Numbered from the stretch's first letter, positions 1 through 9,225 are shown. The stretch is 64,000 bases of DNA from an uncultured Candidatus Rokubacteria bacterium (GCA_963789955.1 CAWBMV010000034.1:1056001-1120000), one strand, 5' to 3'. The notes: a model not told the origin generated them from the letters alone. Translations and numbers: made by a program.

Positions 1-55
1 GAAGTCGCGCGTGCGGGTCGAGGACGTCGACGCTGCGGCCGTGGCCCATGTCTGA
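1..55 (+). CDS. 3' end of upstream gene (possibly a long-chain acyl-CoA ligase of the same operon)
   Basis: Frame from base 2 reads KSRVRVEDVDAAAVAHV then TGA at 53-55, overlapping the livH ATG at 48. Product is inferred from operon context only. Confidence 0.35.
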   Translation, partial: KSRVRVEDVDAAAVAHV

Positions 56-944
56 CGACTTCGGATTCTTCTTGCTCCTGGTGTCGAACGGGCTCCTGAC
101 CGGCCTGATGTACTCGCTGATCGCGCTCGGGTTCGTGCTGGTCTACAAGGCCACCGACGCCATCAACTTCGCCCAGGGCGAATTCGTGATGATCGCGGGC
201 TTCGTGGCGGCCGGTGGCCTCATGGTCTGGGGGGCGCCTCTCTGGCTGGCCATCGCGATGGCGATCGCGAGCCTGGTCTTGTTCGGCTTCGTCCTCGAGC
301 GCGTGATGCTGCGCAAGCTCATCGGCCGGCCGGTCATCGCCGTGGTCATGGCCACGATCGGCCTGGCGTCGATTCTGCGCGGCATCGGGCCTTTCACCAT
401 CTTCTCCGGGAGCCAGCCGCTGCCGCTGCCCATCCGCGACGAGCCGTTCGTGCTGGGCCCGCTCTTCATCCCCCCGATCCAGTTGCTGGGGGCCGCGGTC
501 AGCCTGGCGTTCCTCACCGGGTTCGGCTGGTTCTTCCTGAAGTCGCGCAAGGGCATTGCGATGCGGGCCGTCGCCGACAACCAGCAGGTCGCCATGGCAA
601 TGGGTATCGACGTCGAGCGCTACTTCGGGGTGGCGTGGGCCATGACGGGCATCGTCTCGGCCCTCGGTGGGATCCTCTGGGGCAATCTGCTCGGTGTGGA
701 CGTGAACCTGGCGCTTGTCGGGTTCAAGGTGTTTCCAGTCGTTATCCTTGGCGGTCTCGATTCCATTCCCGGTGCGATCCTCGGAGGCCTGATCGTGGGT
801 GTCGTCGAGAACATCGCGGCTGGCTACGTCGATCCCTACGTCGGGGGCGGCACCAAGGACTTCGCGCCCTACGTCCTCATGATTCTCGCGCTGATGATTC
901 GCCCCTACGGCATGTTCGGCAAACGCATCATCGAGCGAGTCTAA
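48..944 (+). CDS. livH: Branched-chain amino acid (HAAT) ABC transporter permease, LivH-like
   Basis: GLMYSLIALGFVLVY, INFAQGEF and GIAMRAVADN motifs; multi-TM protein. Confidence 0.93.
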   Translation: MSDDFGFFLLLVSNGLLTGLMYSLIALGFVLVYKATDAINFAQGEFVMIAGFVAAGGLMVWGAPLWLAIAMAIASLVLFGFVLERVMLRKLIGRPVIAVVMATIGLASILRGIGPFTIFSGSQPLPLPIRDEPFVLGPLFIPPIQLLGAAVSLAFLTGFGWFFLKSRKGIAMRAVADNQQVAMAMGIDVERYFGVAWAMTGIVSALGGILWGNLLGVDVNLALVGFKVFPVVILGGLDSIPGAILGGLIVGVVENIAAGYVDPYVGGGTKDFAPYVLMILALMIRPYGMFGKRIIERV

Positions 945-950
945 TGGTCT

Positions 951-1118
951 GGCTTGGGGCGGCGGGGGGAGGCGGGGGGAGGGGTGCTGGGACCACGCGG
1001 CACGCGTTCGGGATTCCCGGGGCGGCTGGGCTCCATCTGGGCGCGCCACTCCCGCATTCGACTTGGAGGGAACGGGTCCCAGCACCCCTCCCCCCGCCTC
1101 CCCCCGCCGCCCCAAGCC
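951..1118. repeat. Hairpin element copy 1: 44-bp perfect inverted arms around an 80-nt core
   Basis: 951-994 (ggcttggggc...gggacc) is the exact reverse complement of 1075-1118; core 995-1074. Confidence 0.95.
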
Positions 1119-1258
1119 CTCGGATGATTTGCTTAGGGCAATTCGAAGCGTCGGCTCCCGCGCCGGTCGCTTCGCTCCGGCGCTGCTATGCATCCCGACC
1201 TCACGTGCCGCGCATGCTTTTGTGCTTCGCCTACGTCGTAGGCCAAGAGTCGGCGGGG

Positions 1259-1434
1259 CACGCGTGGAGCCCGCGGGGGCGGAGTGGTGCGGGGGGTGTC
1301 GGGACCCGTTCCCTCCTAGCGAGCGGCGGATCGAGTGCGCCGGGATGGAGCCCAGCCGATATGGAAAATGCGCACGCGTGCCGCGTGGTCCCGACACCCC
1401 CCGCACCACCCCGCCCCCGCGGGCTCGACGCGTG
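1259..1434. repeat. Hairpin element copy 2 (core in opposite orientation): 48-bp inverted arms around an 80-nt core
   Basis: 1259-1306 pairs with 1387-1434 with 2 mismatches. Core 1307-1386 aligns without gaps to the reverse complement of the copy-1 core, 56/80 identical by my count. Confidence 0.93.
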
Positions 1435-1443
1435 GAGAACTGT

Positions 1444-2511
1444 GTGATTCAGCGAGAATGCGGAGTCCTGAAGACGACGTACGAAGCGGATATGGGCCTC
1501 TATCCGCTGCCGATCGCGCGGTGGACCGTCGCAGCGCTGGGCGTGGTGTTCTTTCTGGTCATCCCGCTCTCGCTCCACGAGTACTACCTGTCGGTCGCCA
1601 ACCTGGTGTGGATCGCGATCATCGGCGCGCTCGGCCTCAACATCCTGGTCGGCTACACGGGCCAGGTGTCGATCGGCCACGGCGCGTTCATGTCGGTCGG
1701 GGCCTACACGGCCGCCAACCTCGCCAATCGCCTGGGCTCGCCGTGGCCCGTGAACCTGCTTGCCGGCGGCTTGATGGCGGCGCTGATCGGCGCCATTGTT
1801 GGTATCCCGTCCCTGCGCATCAAGGGGCTCTACCTGGCCATCGCCACCCTGGCCGGTCAGCTCATCATCGAGTGGACGATCAACCACGTGACGTTCATCA
1901 GCGGGGGCGTGCAGGCCTCGATCGAGGTGGCCCGGCCGCGGGTGGGCGCGTACGTCATCGACAGTCAGCGGGACATGTACTACTTCCTGCTCGTGTTCGT
2001 CGTCCTGGCCATCGTGGCGACGATGAACCTGATGCGTACGCGAGTCGGGCGCGCGTTCATCGCGATCCGCGATCAGGACATCGCGGCGGAGATCATCGGC
2101 ATCAACATCTTTCGCTACAAGCTCCTCGCGTTCGCCATCTCGTCCTTCTTCGCCGGGGTGACTGGCGTGCTCTACACGTACTTCCTCGGCATCGCCAACT
2201 ACGAGCAGTTCCAGATCGGCGTGTCGATCGATTACCTGGCGATGATCATCATCGGCGGGCTCGGGTCCGTGCTCGGCTCGATCTTCGGCGCGATCTTCGT
2301 GACCCTGCTGCCGATCGTCATCCGGTACGCCATGGAGTCGTTCGGTGGGTTGTTCTTCAGCCAGTCAACCGTGCTCAACCTGATTCCCAACCTCCGCCTG
2401 ATGATGTTCGGCGCCCTCATCATCTTCTTCCTGATCGTGGAGCCCGATGGGCTGAACCGTCTCTGGCGGAACATTCGAAGCTACTTCAGAGTCTGGCCGT
2501 TCGCGTACTGA
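1444..2511 (+). CDS. livM: HAAT ABC transporter permease, LivM-like
   Basis: LGLNILVGYTGQVSIGHGAF and GRAFIAIRD motifs. Start moved to GTG 1444 (GGAGAA RBS at 1434-1439); the upstream ORF extension runs through the repeats. Confidence 0.9.
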   Translation: MIQRECGVLKTTYEADMGLYPLPIARWTVAALGVVFFLVIPLSLHEYYLSVANLVWIAIIGALGLNILVGYTGQVSIGHGAFMSVGAYTAANLANRLGSPWPVNLLAGGLMAALIGAIVGIPSLRIKGLYLAIATLAGQLIIEWTINHVTFISGGVQASIEVARPRVGAYVIDSQRDMYYFLLVFVVLAIVATMNLMRTRVGRAFIAIRDQDIAAEIIGINIFRYKLLAFAISSFFAGVTGVLYTYFLGIANYEQFQIGVSIDYLAMIIIGGLGSVLGSIFGAIFVTLLPIVIRYAMESFGGLFFSQSTVLNLIPNLRLMMFGALIIFFLIVEPDGLNRLWRNIRSYFRVWPFAY

Positions 2512-2533
2512 GTACGCGAGCAAGGAGGAGCAG

Positions 2534-3787
2534 ATGAGACAGTTCCTGGTCATCGCGATGGCAGTGATCGTGGCGGCGGGCAGCCTGCTGACGGCGGGTT
2601 CGTCGCTCGCCCAATCGAAGAGCGAAATCGTGATCGGCGTGCAGTGTGACCGCACCGGACCGACCCAGGTCGTGGGCACGGTCCTGTGCCCGGGCGAACA
2701 CGACTACATCGCCCTCGTCAACTCCAAGGGCGGCGTCGAGGGGCATCACATCAAGGACCTCGAGATCGATCACGAGTACAAGGTGCCGCCGGCCGTCGAG
2801 TCCTACGAGCGTTTCAAGAAGGAAGGCGCCGTGTCGATTTCGGTGTACGGGACGCCGCAGATCTACGCGCTCGCGGCGAAGCTCACCGAGGATCGAATCC
2901 CCGGCACCTCGCCCGGCTTCGGGAGCGCCGCGGCCGCCGACGGCCTCCGGTACCCGTACATCTTCCCGATCGCCGCCACCTACTGGTCGCAGGCCGCCGC
3001 GGCGGTCGATTTCGTGAAGAAGCAGCTCGGCGGCAACATCAAGGGTAAGAAGATCGCGTTCATCTTCTATGACAATCCCGCCGGCCGGGAGCCGATCGAG
3101 GTGCTCGAGGCGCTTGCGGCCAAGGAGGGCTTCCAGCTCAGGACCTTCGCGGTGCCGCCGCCCGGCGTCGAGATGGGCGCCCAGGTGCTCGACATCGCCC
3201 AGCGGTACCGGGCGGACTTCGTCATCGGACACCTGTTCGGCGGCGCGCCGCAGGTGTCGATCAAGGAGTTCAAGCGGGTCGGGTATCCGCTCCGCAAGTT
3301 CGTGTCCTTCGTGTGGGGCGGCGGCGAGGCCAACATCGAGGGCGCCGGAGGCTTCGGGGTCGCCGAGGGATATTACGTCATGCAGTTCGCCGGCGTGGGC
3401 AGCGACTACCCGGTGCTCAACGAGATCCGCGAGATGTACAAGAAGCAGGGCAAGGAGCCGCCGAAGGAAATGGCCTCGACGGTGTTCTACAACCGGGGCG
3501 TGCTGGTCGCCGCGCTGCACGTCGAGGCGATTCGCAACGCGCTGAAGGCGAAGCCCGACGGCAAGATCACCGGCGAGGACGTGAAGAAGGGCTTCGAGAA
3601 GATTTCCGGCTTCACCCTGGGCGGGCTCGTGCCGCCGCTCAAGATCACCCCGACCGACCACGAGGGCGGCGGGCTCGTGCAGATCTGGCAAGTGAAGGGC
3701 GGCAAGTTCGTGAAGGTGACCGACTGGTACGCCGCCTACCAGGACGTGGTGGCCAAGCAGATCAAGGAGGCGGCTGCGAAGAAGTAG
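2534..3787 (+). CDS. HAAT-family ABC substrate-binding protein (ligand may be an organic or fatty acid)
   Basis: AAGGAGGAG RBS, signal peptide, LivK-type layout (IGVQCDRTGPT, KIAFIFYDNPAGRE). Confidence 0.88.
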   Translation: MRQFLVIAMAVIVAAGSLLTAGSSLAQSKSEIVIGVQCDRTGPTQVVGTVLCPGEHDYIALVNSKGGVEGHHIKDLEIDHEYKVPPAVESYERFKKEGAVSISVYGTPQIYALAAKLTEDRIPGTSPGFGSAAAADGLRYPYIFPIAATYWSQAAAAVDFVKKQLGGNIKGKKIAFIFYDNPAGREPIEVLEALAAKEGFQLRTFAVPPPGVEMGAQVLDIAQRYRADFVIGHLFGGAPQVSIKEFKRVGYPLRKFVSFVWGGGEANIEGAGGFGVAEGYYVMQFAGVGSDYPVLNEIREMYKKQGKEPPKEMASTVFYNRGVLVAALHVEAIRNALKAKPDGKITGEDVKKGFEKISGFTLGGLVPPLKITPTDHEGGGLVQIWQVKGGKFVKVTDWYAAYQDVVAKQIKEAAAKK

Positions 3788-3798
3788 GGCGGGCGGCC

Positions 3799-4593
3799 AT
3801 GCTGAGCCTCAACAACATCGAGGTCATCTACGACGGCGTGATCCTCGTCCTCAAGGGCGTGTCGCTCAACGTCCGCGAGGGCGGGATCACGACGTTGCTC
3901 GGCGCCAACGGCGCCGGGAAGACCACGACGCTCAAGGCGATCTCGGGCCTCTTGCGGTCCGAGCGCGGCGACGTCACGAAGGGCTCGATCGAGTTCAAGA
4001 ACGAGCGGATCGACCGCCTGCCCCCGCACGCGGTCGTCCGTCACGGCATCGTGCAGGTGTTCGAAGGCCGCCGGGTCTTCGAGCACCTGACGACCGAAGA
4101 AAACCTGATCGCCGGCGCGCACATCCAGAGGGACCGGCATCGCGTCGCGGCCGGGATCGAGCGCGTCTACGGCTACTTTCCGCGTCTCAAGGAACGGCGC
4201 GGCGTCCAGGCCGGGTACCTGTCCGGCGGCGAGCAGCAGATGCTGGTCATCGGCCGCGCGCTGATGGCCGATCCCCACGTGATACTCCTCGACGAGCCGT
4301 CGCTCGGCCTGGCGCCGATGCTCGTGGAGGAGATCTTCGCGATCGTGCAGCAGCTGAATCGGCAAGAGAAGCTCACCGTGCTGCTGGTCGAGCAGAACGC
4401 CTCGCTGGCGCTGACCATCGCCGAGCACGGCTACGTGATGGAGAACGGGCGGATCGTGCTCGACGGCACCGCCGCGATGCTCACGCAGAACGCCGACATC
4501 AAAGAGTTCTACCTCGGCCTCACCGAGGTCGGCAGCCGCAAGTCGTACCGGGACGTCAAGCACTACAAGCGCCGCAAACGTTGGCTCTCTTGA
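3799..4593 (+). CDS. livF: HAAT ABC ATP-binding protein, LivF-like
   Basis: Walker A GANGAGKT, signature LSGGEQQM, Walker B ILLDEPSLGLAP, LLVEQN. Confidence 0.93.
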   Translation: MLSLNNIEVIYDGVILVLKGVSLNVREGGITTLLGANGAGKTTTLKAISGLLRSERGDVTKGSIEFKNERIDRLPPHAVVRHGIVQVFEGRRVFEHLTTEENLIAGAHIQRDRHRVAAGIERVYGYFPRLKERRGVQAGYLSGGEQQMLVIGRALMADPHVILLDEPSLGLAPMLVEEIFAIVQQLNRQEKLTVLLVEQNASLALTIAEHGYVMENGRIVLDGTAAMLTQNADIKEFYLGLTEVGSRKSYRDVKHYKRRKRWLS

Positions 4594-4608
4594 GAGGAGC
4601 GAACTTCG

Positions 4609-5061
4609 ATGGGTCTGAGGCGAGGGATTGGACTGTGGATGATTGTGGTCGTCGCGACGCTGAACCTCGCGGCGTGCGCGACGATGGGCGATCCGCCGCC
4701 GACACTCTACAAGCGGCTGGGCGGGCGCGAGGGTATCGCGCTCGTGGTCGGCGACTTCGTCACCAACATGGCCGGCGACAGCCGCGTCAATGCGCGGTTC
4801 AAGGACATGAAAGGTCCGGACGTCGAGAAGCTGAAGTCCAACCTCGCCGACCAGATCTGCGACGCGACCGGCGGGCCCTGCTCCTATCTGGGGCGCGACA
4901 TGAAGACGAGCCACAAGGGCATGAAGATCACCGACGCCGAGTGGAACGCGACCGTCGAGAATCTCACCAAGGCGCTCGACAAGAACAAGGTCGCGGCCAA
5001 GGACCAGAGCGAGCTGCTCGGTCTGCTCGGGCCGATGAAGGCGGACATCGTCGGCCAGTAA
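4609..5061 (+). CDS. Group 1 truncated haemoglobin with lipoprotein signal peptide
   Basis: TLYKRLGG, TGGPCSY, proximal His in MKTSHKGMKIT; N-terminal lipobox LAAC. Confidence 0.88.
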   Translation: MGLRRGIGLWMIVVVATLNLAACATMGDPPPTLYKRLGGREGIALVVGDFVTNMAGDSRVNARFKDMKGPDVEKLKSNLADQICDATGGPCSYLGRDMKTSHKGMKITDAEWNATVENLTKALDKNKVAAKDQSELLGLLGPMKADIVGQ

Positions 5062-5069
5062 GTAAGTAG

Positions 5070-6594
5070 ATGAGCGCCCAGGCGTTCACGGTCTACGACC
5101 TGCTCGTGCGGGGTGCGTCGCTGCTATGGCGACGCGCCGGCGCTGATCCAGTCCACGCGGCAGTGGACCTTCCGTCAGCTCCTGGAGCGCGCCGACCGGC
5201 TCGCCGCCGGGCTGGTCGGGCTCGGCCTGTCCCGGGGCGATCGAATCTGCATCCTCGCCCAGAACGACGTCGGCTACGTCGATCTGTACGGCGCCTGCGC
5301 CCGCCAGGGCATCATCGCGTACCCGATCAACTGGCGGCTCACGGCGCCTGAGGTCGAGCGCGTCCTGGAGCGGGCATCGCCCGTGATGATGGTCGCGGAC
5401 GCGTCCACCCTGCCGGTCGTCGGTGAGTGGCCGCGCTCCAAGCGCGGCATCGCGCACTGGTACCAGCTCGGCGAGGCGCCGCCGGCGCCCGGCTTCGCGG
5501 CGCTGTCGAGCCTCTACCGCGACGGCGAGGCGCCGCCGGTCGCCGAGGTGGGCGGCGACGATCCCTTCGCGGTGATCTCCACGGCGGCGGTGGACGTGAT
5601 CCCGCGGGGCGCCGTGCTCACGCACACGAACATGATCACGGCGTCGCTCGTGGTCGTTCAGAGCCTCGGGTTCACGGCCGTCGATCGCTATCTGCTCGCG
5701 CTGCCGCTGTTTCACATCACGGCGCTCGGCAACTTCGTGGCGCACCTGCACGCGGGCGGCGCCTGTGTGCTGGTCGCGCGCTATGACGCCGAGGAGGCGG
5801 TGCGCCTGATCGACGCGCATCGCATCACACACCTCTCGGACTTTCCGCCGGTGCTCGTCAACCTGCTGGACGCCGCGCAGAAGCTCGGGAGCAAGCTGTC
5901 GAGCTTGAAGCACGTGTCGGGCCTCGACGCGCCGCCGACCATCCAGCGGCTGCACGATGAGACGCAGGCGCAGTTCTGGACGGGCTTCGGACAGTCCGAG
6001 ACCACCGGGTTCGTCAGCATCCAGCGCGTGCGCGACAAGCCCGGCGCCGCCGGCCGGCCGATTCCCGTGTGCCGGGTGCGGCTCGTCGACGACTACGACC
6101 GCGAGGTGCCGGCCGGCACACCCGGCGAGATCGTGGTGCGCGGGCCGGTCGTGTTCCAGGGCTACTTCGGCCAGCCCGACGTGACCGCGTACACCTTGCG
6201 CAACGGCTGGCACCACACCGGCGACGTGGGCCGCTTCGACGACGAGGGCTGGCTCTACTACGTCAAGCGCAAGCCCGAAAAGGAGCTGATCAAGCCCGGC
6301 GGCGAGAACGTCTATCCGGCCGAGGTCGAGTCGGTGATCGTGCAGATGGACGGGATCGGCGCGGCATGCGTCTACGGGATCCCCGACGTCAAGTGGGGCG
6401 AGTCGATCAAGGCGGTCGTCGAAGTGCGGCCGGCCGACCGCTATACCGCTCAACAAGTCATCGACTTCGTGGGCTCGAAGATCGCGCGGTTCAAGCGCCC
6501 GCATGCGGTCGCGTTCACCGACGCGCTGCCCCGGACCGCCGACGGCGCCGTGGACCGCGAAGCGGTGAAGGCCCGGTGGGGCGCCGGAGCATGA
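5070..6594 (+). CDS. AMP-binding acyl-CoA synthetase (one frameshift near 5120)
   Basis: GFGQSET, WHHTGDVG, IKPGGENVYPAEVE, WGESIKA. ATG 5070 frame joins the 5113 frame. Confidence 0.88.
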
Positions 6595-6622
6595 AGGTCG
6601 AGAGCTCAAGCAATTTCCCGGC

Positions 6623-7465
6623 GTGAGCTCGCCTGACTTCGTCGCCATCGGGCACGTCACGCTCGACCGCTTCGGCGAATCCACGCGTCCCGGCGGCTCC
6701 GCGCTCTACGCCGCCGTCACCGCCTACCGTCTCGGCCTGTCCGTCGGTCTCCTCACGAGTCACGGCGACGATTTTCCGCTCGCGGTGATTCCGCCGAAGA
6801 TCGAGGTCATCAGCATTCCCGCCGACGAGACGACCGTGTTCGAGCACCGGCACGAGCCCGGCGGCCGCGTGTCCCACGTGCGCTCGGTCGCCAGCCCTCT
6901 GACGACGGCCGACGTGCCCGAAGACTGGCGCGACGCCGCGCTGACTTTGCTGGCACCGGTGGTCGACGAGGTCGATCCGATGATCGCGACGCTCTTCACG
7001 GACGGCGCTGTCGGCGCGGCCGCGCAGGGCTGGGTACGCCAGGTGACGCCGGACGGGCTCGTCGTCCCGCGTCCCTGGCAGTCGCCCGAGAGTCTGCTGC
7101 AATCGGTCCAGGCACTGTTCCTGAGCCGCGAGGACATCCTCGGCCAGGAAGCCGAGGTGATCGAGTGGTTCCAGCGCATGCCCGTCGGCGTGCTCACGGC
7201 CGACCGCGTCGGCGCCCTCTTGTTCGTGAACGGCGAGCGGTACGAGGTTCAGCCGCGCCCGGCGCGCGAAGTCGACCCGACCGGCGCCGGCGACGTGTTC
7301 GCCGCAACCTTTCTCATCCAGTACCAGCGTGACGGCGACGCCTGGCAGGCTGCGGCCGCCGCGGCCTGCGCGGGCTCGCTCGCGGTGGAAGGTGAGGGGT
7401 GGTCGGCGGTCGCCGATCGCGCCGCGCTCGATGCGGCGCTCCTCGAATATCAACTGAGCCAGTAG
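6623..7465 (+). CDS. PfkB/ribokinase family carbohydrate kinase
   Basis: N-terminal PGGSALY and C-terminal VDPTGAGDVF signature. Confidence 0.9.
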   Translation: MSSPDFVAIGHVTLDRFGESTRPGGSALYAAVTAYRLGLSVGLLTSHGDDFPLAVIPPKIEVISIPADETTVFEHRHEPGGRVSHVRSVASPLTTADVPEDWRDAALTLLAPVVDEVDPMIATLFTDGAVGAAAQGWVRQVTPDGLVVPRPWQSPESLLQSVQALFLSREDILGQEAEVIEWFQRMPVGVLTADRVGALLFVNGERYEVQPRPAREVDPTGAGDVFAATFLIQYQRDGDAWQAAAAAACAGSLAVEGEGWSAVADRAALDAALLEYQLSQ

Positions 7466-7511
7466 GAGACGTTCTTGACACTCGTCGAAGGCGGAGCCTA
7501 CCCTGGGCTCG

Positions 7512-7883
7512 ATGGACCGCGCGATCCGGATCACCGCAGGCGCCGTCTCGGCCGAAGCACGGCTCAACGATTCGAAGACGGCGGGCGCGATCTGGGATGC
7601 GCTGCCGATCGAGGCGAAGGGCCAGACGTGGGGCGACGAGATCTATTTCGACATCGGCGTGACGGCGCCTCCCGAGGAGGCGCGCGACGTCGTGGACGTC
7701 GGCGACCTTGCCTACTGGCCGCCCGGCCAGGCTTTTTGCATTTTCTTCGGTCGGACACCGGCGAGCCGGGGCGACGAGTGTCGCGCAGCGAGCCCGGTGA
7801 ACGTCGTCGGCAAGATCGTGGGCGACGCCCGGATGTTCACGAAGGTGCGCTCGGGCTCGCGCGTGACGATCGAGCGGCAATGA
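7512..7883 (+). CDS. Cyclophilin-like fold protein (DUF369 type)
   Basis: WGDEIYF, GDLAYWPPGQAFCIFFG, ASPVNVVG. Confidence 0.85.
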   Translation: MDRAIRITAGAVSAEARLNDSKTAGAIWDALPIEAKGQTWGDEIYFDIGVTAPPEEARDVVDVGDLAYWPPGQAFCIFFGRTPASRGDECRAASPVNVVGKIVGDARMFTKVRSGSRVTIERQ

Positions 7884-7916
7884 CCCGGCCGGCTATTCAC
7901 TGAGAGGGAGGGCGCG

Positions 7917-8567
7917 ATGAAGATCTTTCTCGACACGGCGAGCATCAGCGAGATCAAGGAAGGCGTGGCGCTGGGCCTGGTCGACGGCGTGACCACCAAT
8001 CCGTCGCTGATCGCCAAGGAGAAGCGTCCGTTCCGTCCGCTGGTCGAAGAGATCTGCGCGGCCGTGCCCGGCGACGTGAGCCTCGAAGTGGTCGCGACGG
8101 ACTTCGAAGGCATGGTGAAGGAAGGCGAGGAGCTCGCGCAGGTCGCGCCGAACGTCGTCGTGAAGTGTCCGCTCACCAAGGACGGCCTCAAGGCGGTGAA
8201 GTACCTCTCGGGCAAGGGCATCCGCGTGAACCAGACCTTGTGCTTCTCGGCGACCCAGGCGCTGCTCTCCGCCAAGGCGGGCGCCGTCTACATCAGCCCG
8301 TTCCTCGGACGCCTCGACGACATCGGGCACGTCGGCATGGACCTGGTCCGCGACATCTGCGAGATCTACCGCGTCCAGGGCTTCAAGACCCAGGTGCTCG
8401 CGGCGTCGATCCGCAACCCGATCCACGTCATCGACGCCGCCAAGGCCGGCGCGCATGTCGTGACGCTCCCGTTCGCGGTGCTCGAGCAGCTCATGAAGCA
8501 TCCGCTGACCGACATCGGGCTCAAGAAGTTCCTCGAGGACTGGGCGAAGCTCGGCGAGAAGATCTGA
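7917..8567 (+). CDS. fsa: Small transaldolase / fructose-6-phosphate aldolase family
   Basis: [17 protein letters not shown], Schiff-base Lys in [22 protein letters not shown]. Confidence 0.95.
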   Translation: MKIFLDTASISEIKEGVALGLVDGVTTNPSLIAKEKRPFRPLVEEICAAVPGDVSLEVVATDFEGMVKEGEELAQVAPNVVVKCPLTKDGLKAVKYLSGKGIRVNQTLCFSATQALLSAKAGAVYISPFLGRLDDIGHVGMDLVRDICEIYRVQGFKTQVLAASIRNPIHVIDAAKAGAHVVTLPFAVLEQLMKHPLTDIGLKKFLEDWAKLGEKI

Positions 8568-8684
8568 ACCGGGCACTCAGCCCGGCGTAGCCCGTTAGTC
8601 CCGGACTTACACCGCCCTGGAGAAGCTACACGCTTCTCGAGCGCGCATGGCGCGCGAAACCCGCAAAAAACCTATTCCTCCAAG

Positions 8685-8699
8685 TGGCAGAAGGCTTGC
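8685..8699 (+). promoter_or_regulatory. sigma54 (-24/-12) promoter
   Basis: TGGCAGAAGGCTTGC: GG-N10-GC, upstream of the AGGAGG RBS and ATG 8747. Confidence 0.7.
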
Positions 8700-8746
8700 T
8701 CCACACGTGTGTCGCAGTGCGCGAGATCCCAGGAGGAATAATCCAG

Positions 8747-9148
8747 ATGCCACAATTGGGGACGTTCTCAGGCAAGGGCCCGCTGACGATCGAAGGTGGC
8801 CCCCGTACGGTGACCGACGCGAGCTTCGCGGCCGACGTCGAGCGATCGCCGCTCCCGGTGCTGCTCGACGCGTGGGCGCCCTGGTGCTGGCCTTGCCAGA
8901 TCATCGGGCCGCTGGTCGAGGAGATCGCGCTCGAGATGGCGGGCCGATTGCGCGTCGGCCGACTCAACGTCGACGAGAATCCGTCGACAACCGCGCGCTT
9001 CGAAATCAACAGCATCCCGACCTTGCTGCTCATCGAGCGCGGACGCGAGATCGATCGGATCAGCGGAGTTCAGACCAAGGCCGAGATCGCGCGGAGGATC
9101 ACGCGGATCCTTCGTGATTCGCCGTCGCGCCCGGTGAGTTCTCTATAG
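8747..9148 (+). CDS. Thioredoxin with atypical WCWPC active site
   Basis: VLLDAWAPWCWPC, LNVDENP, SIPTLL; AGGAGG RBS at 8731. Confidence 0.88.
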   Translation: MPQLGTFSGKGPLTIEGGPRTVTDASFAADVERSPLPVLLDAWAPWCWPCQIIGPLVEEIALEMAGRLRVGRLNVDENPSTTARFEINSIPTLLLIERGREIDRISGVQTKAEIARRITRILRDSPSRPVSSL

Positions 9149-9172
9149 AGAAACTACCCAGAGAAACTACCC
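9139..9172. promoter_or_regulatory. 14-bp palindrome overlapping a 13-bp tandem repeat; candidate activator site
   Basis: TTCTCTATAGAGAA (9139-9152) and AGAGAAACTACCC x2 (9147-9159, 9160-9172), about 55-90 bp upstream of the sigma54 motif at 9226. Confidence 0.5.
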
Positions 9173-9225
9173 GCCTGCCGCGGGAGCCCGGGCGGAACCT
9201 CACGACTTTCCTGATCGCTCGATCA

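Noticed and set aside
945..1440. CRISPR array or integron attC interpretation of the repeats
   Set aside because: Only two inverted units with related cores rather than direct repeats with unique spacers. No cas or integrase gene in the window, and I could not place attC R/L boxes.
1063..1443. Long Pro/Arg-rich N-terminal extension of LivM in the ORF track
   Set aside because: It is read-through of the GC-rich hairpin elements; LivM-like sequence and an RBS begin at GTG 1444.
8569..8585. Intrinsic terminator after the transaldolase gene
   Set aside because: Only a 6-bp stem (CCGGGC/GCCCGG) with no U-tract; insufficient support.
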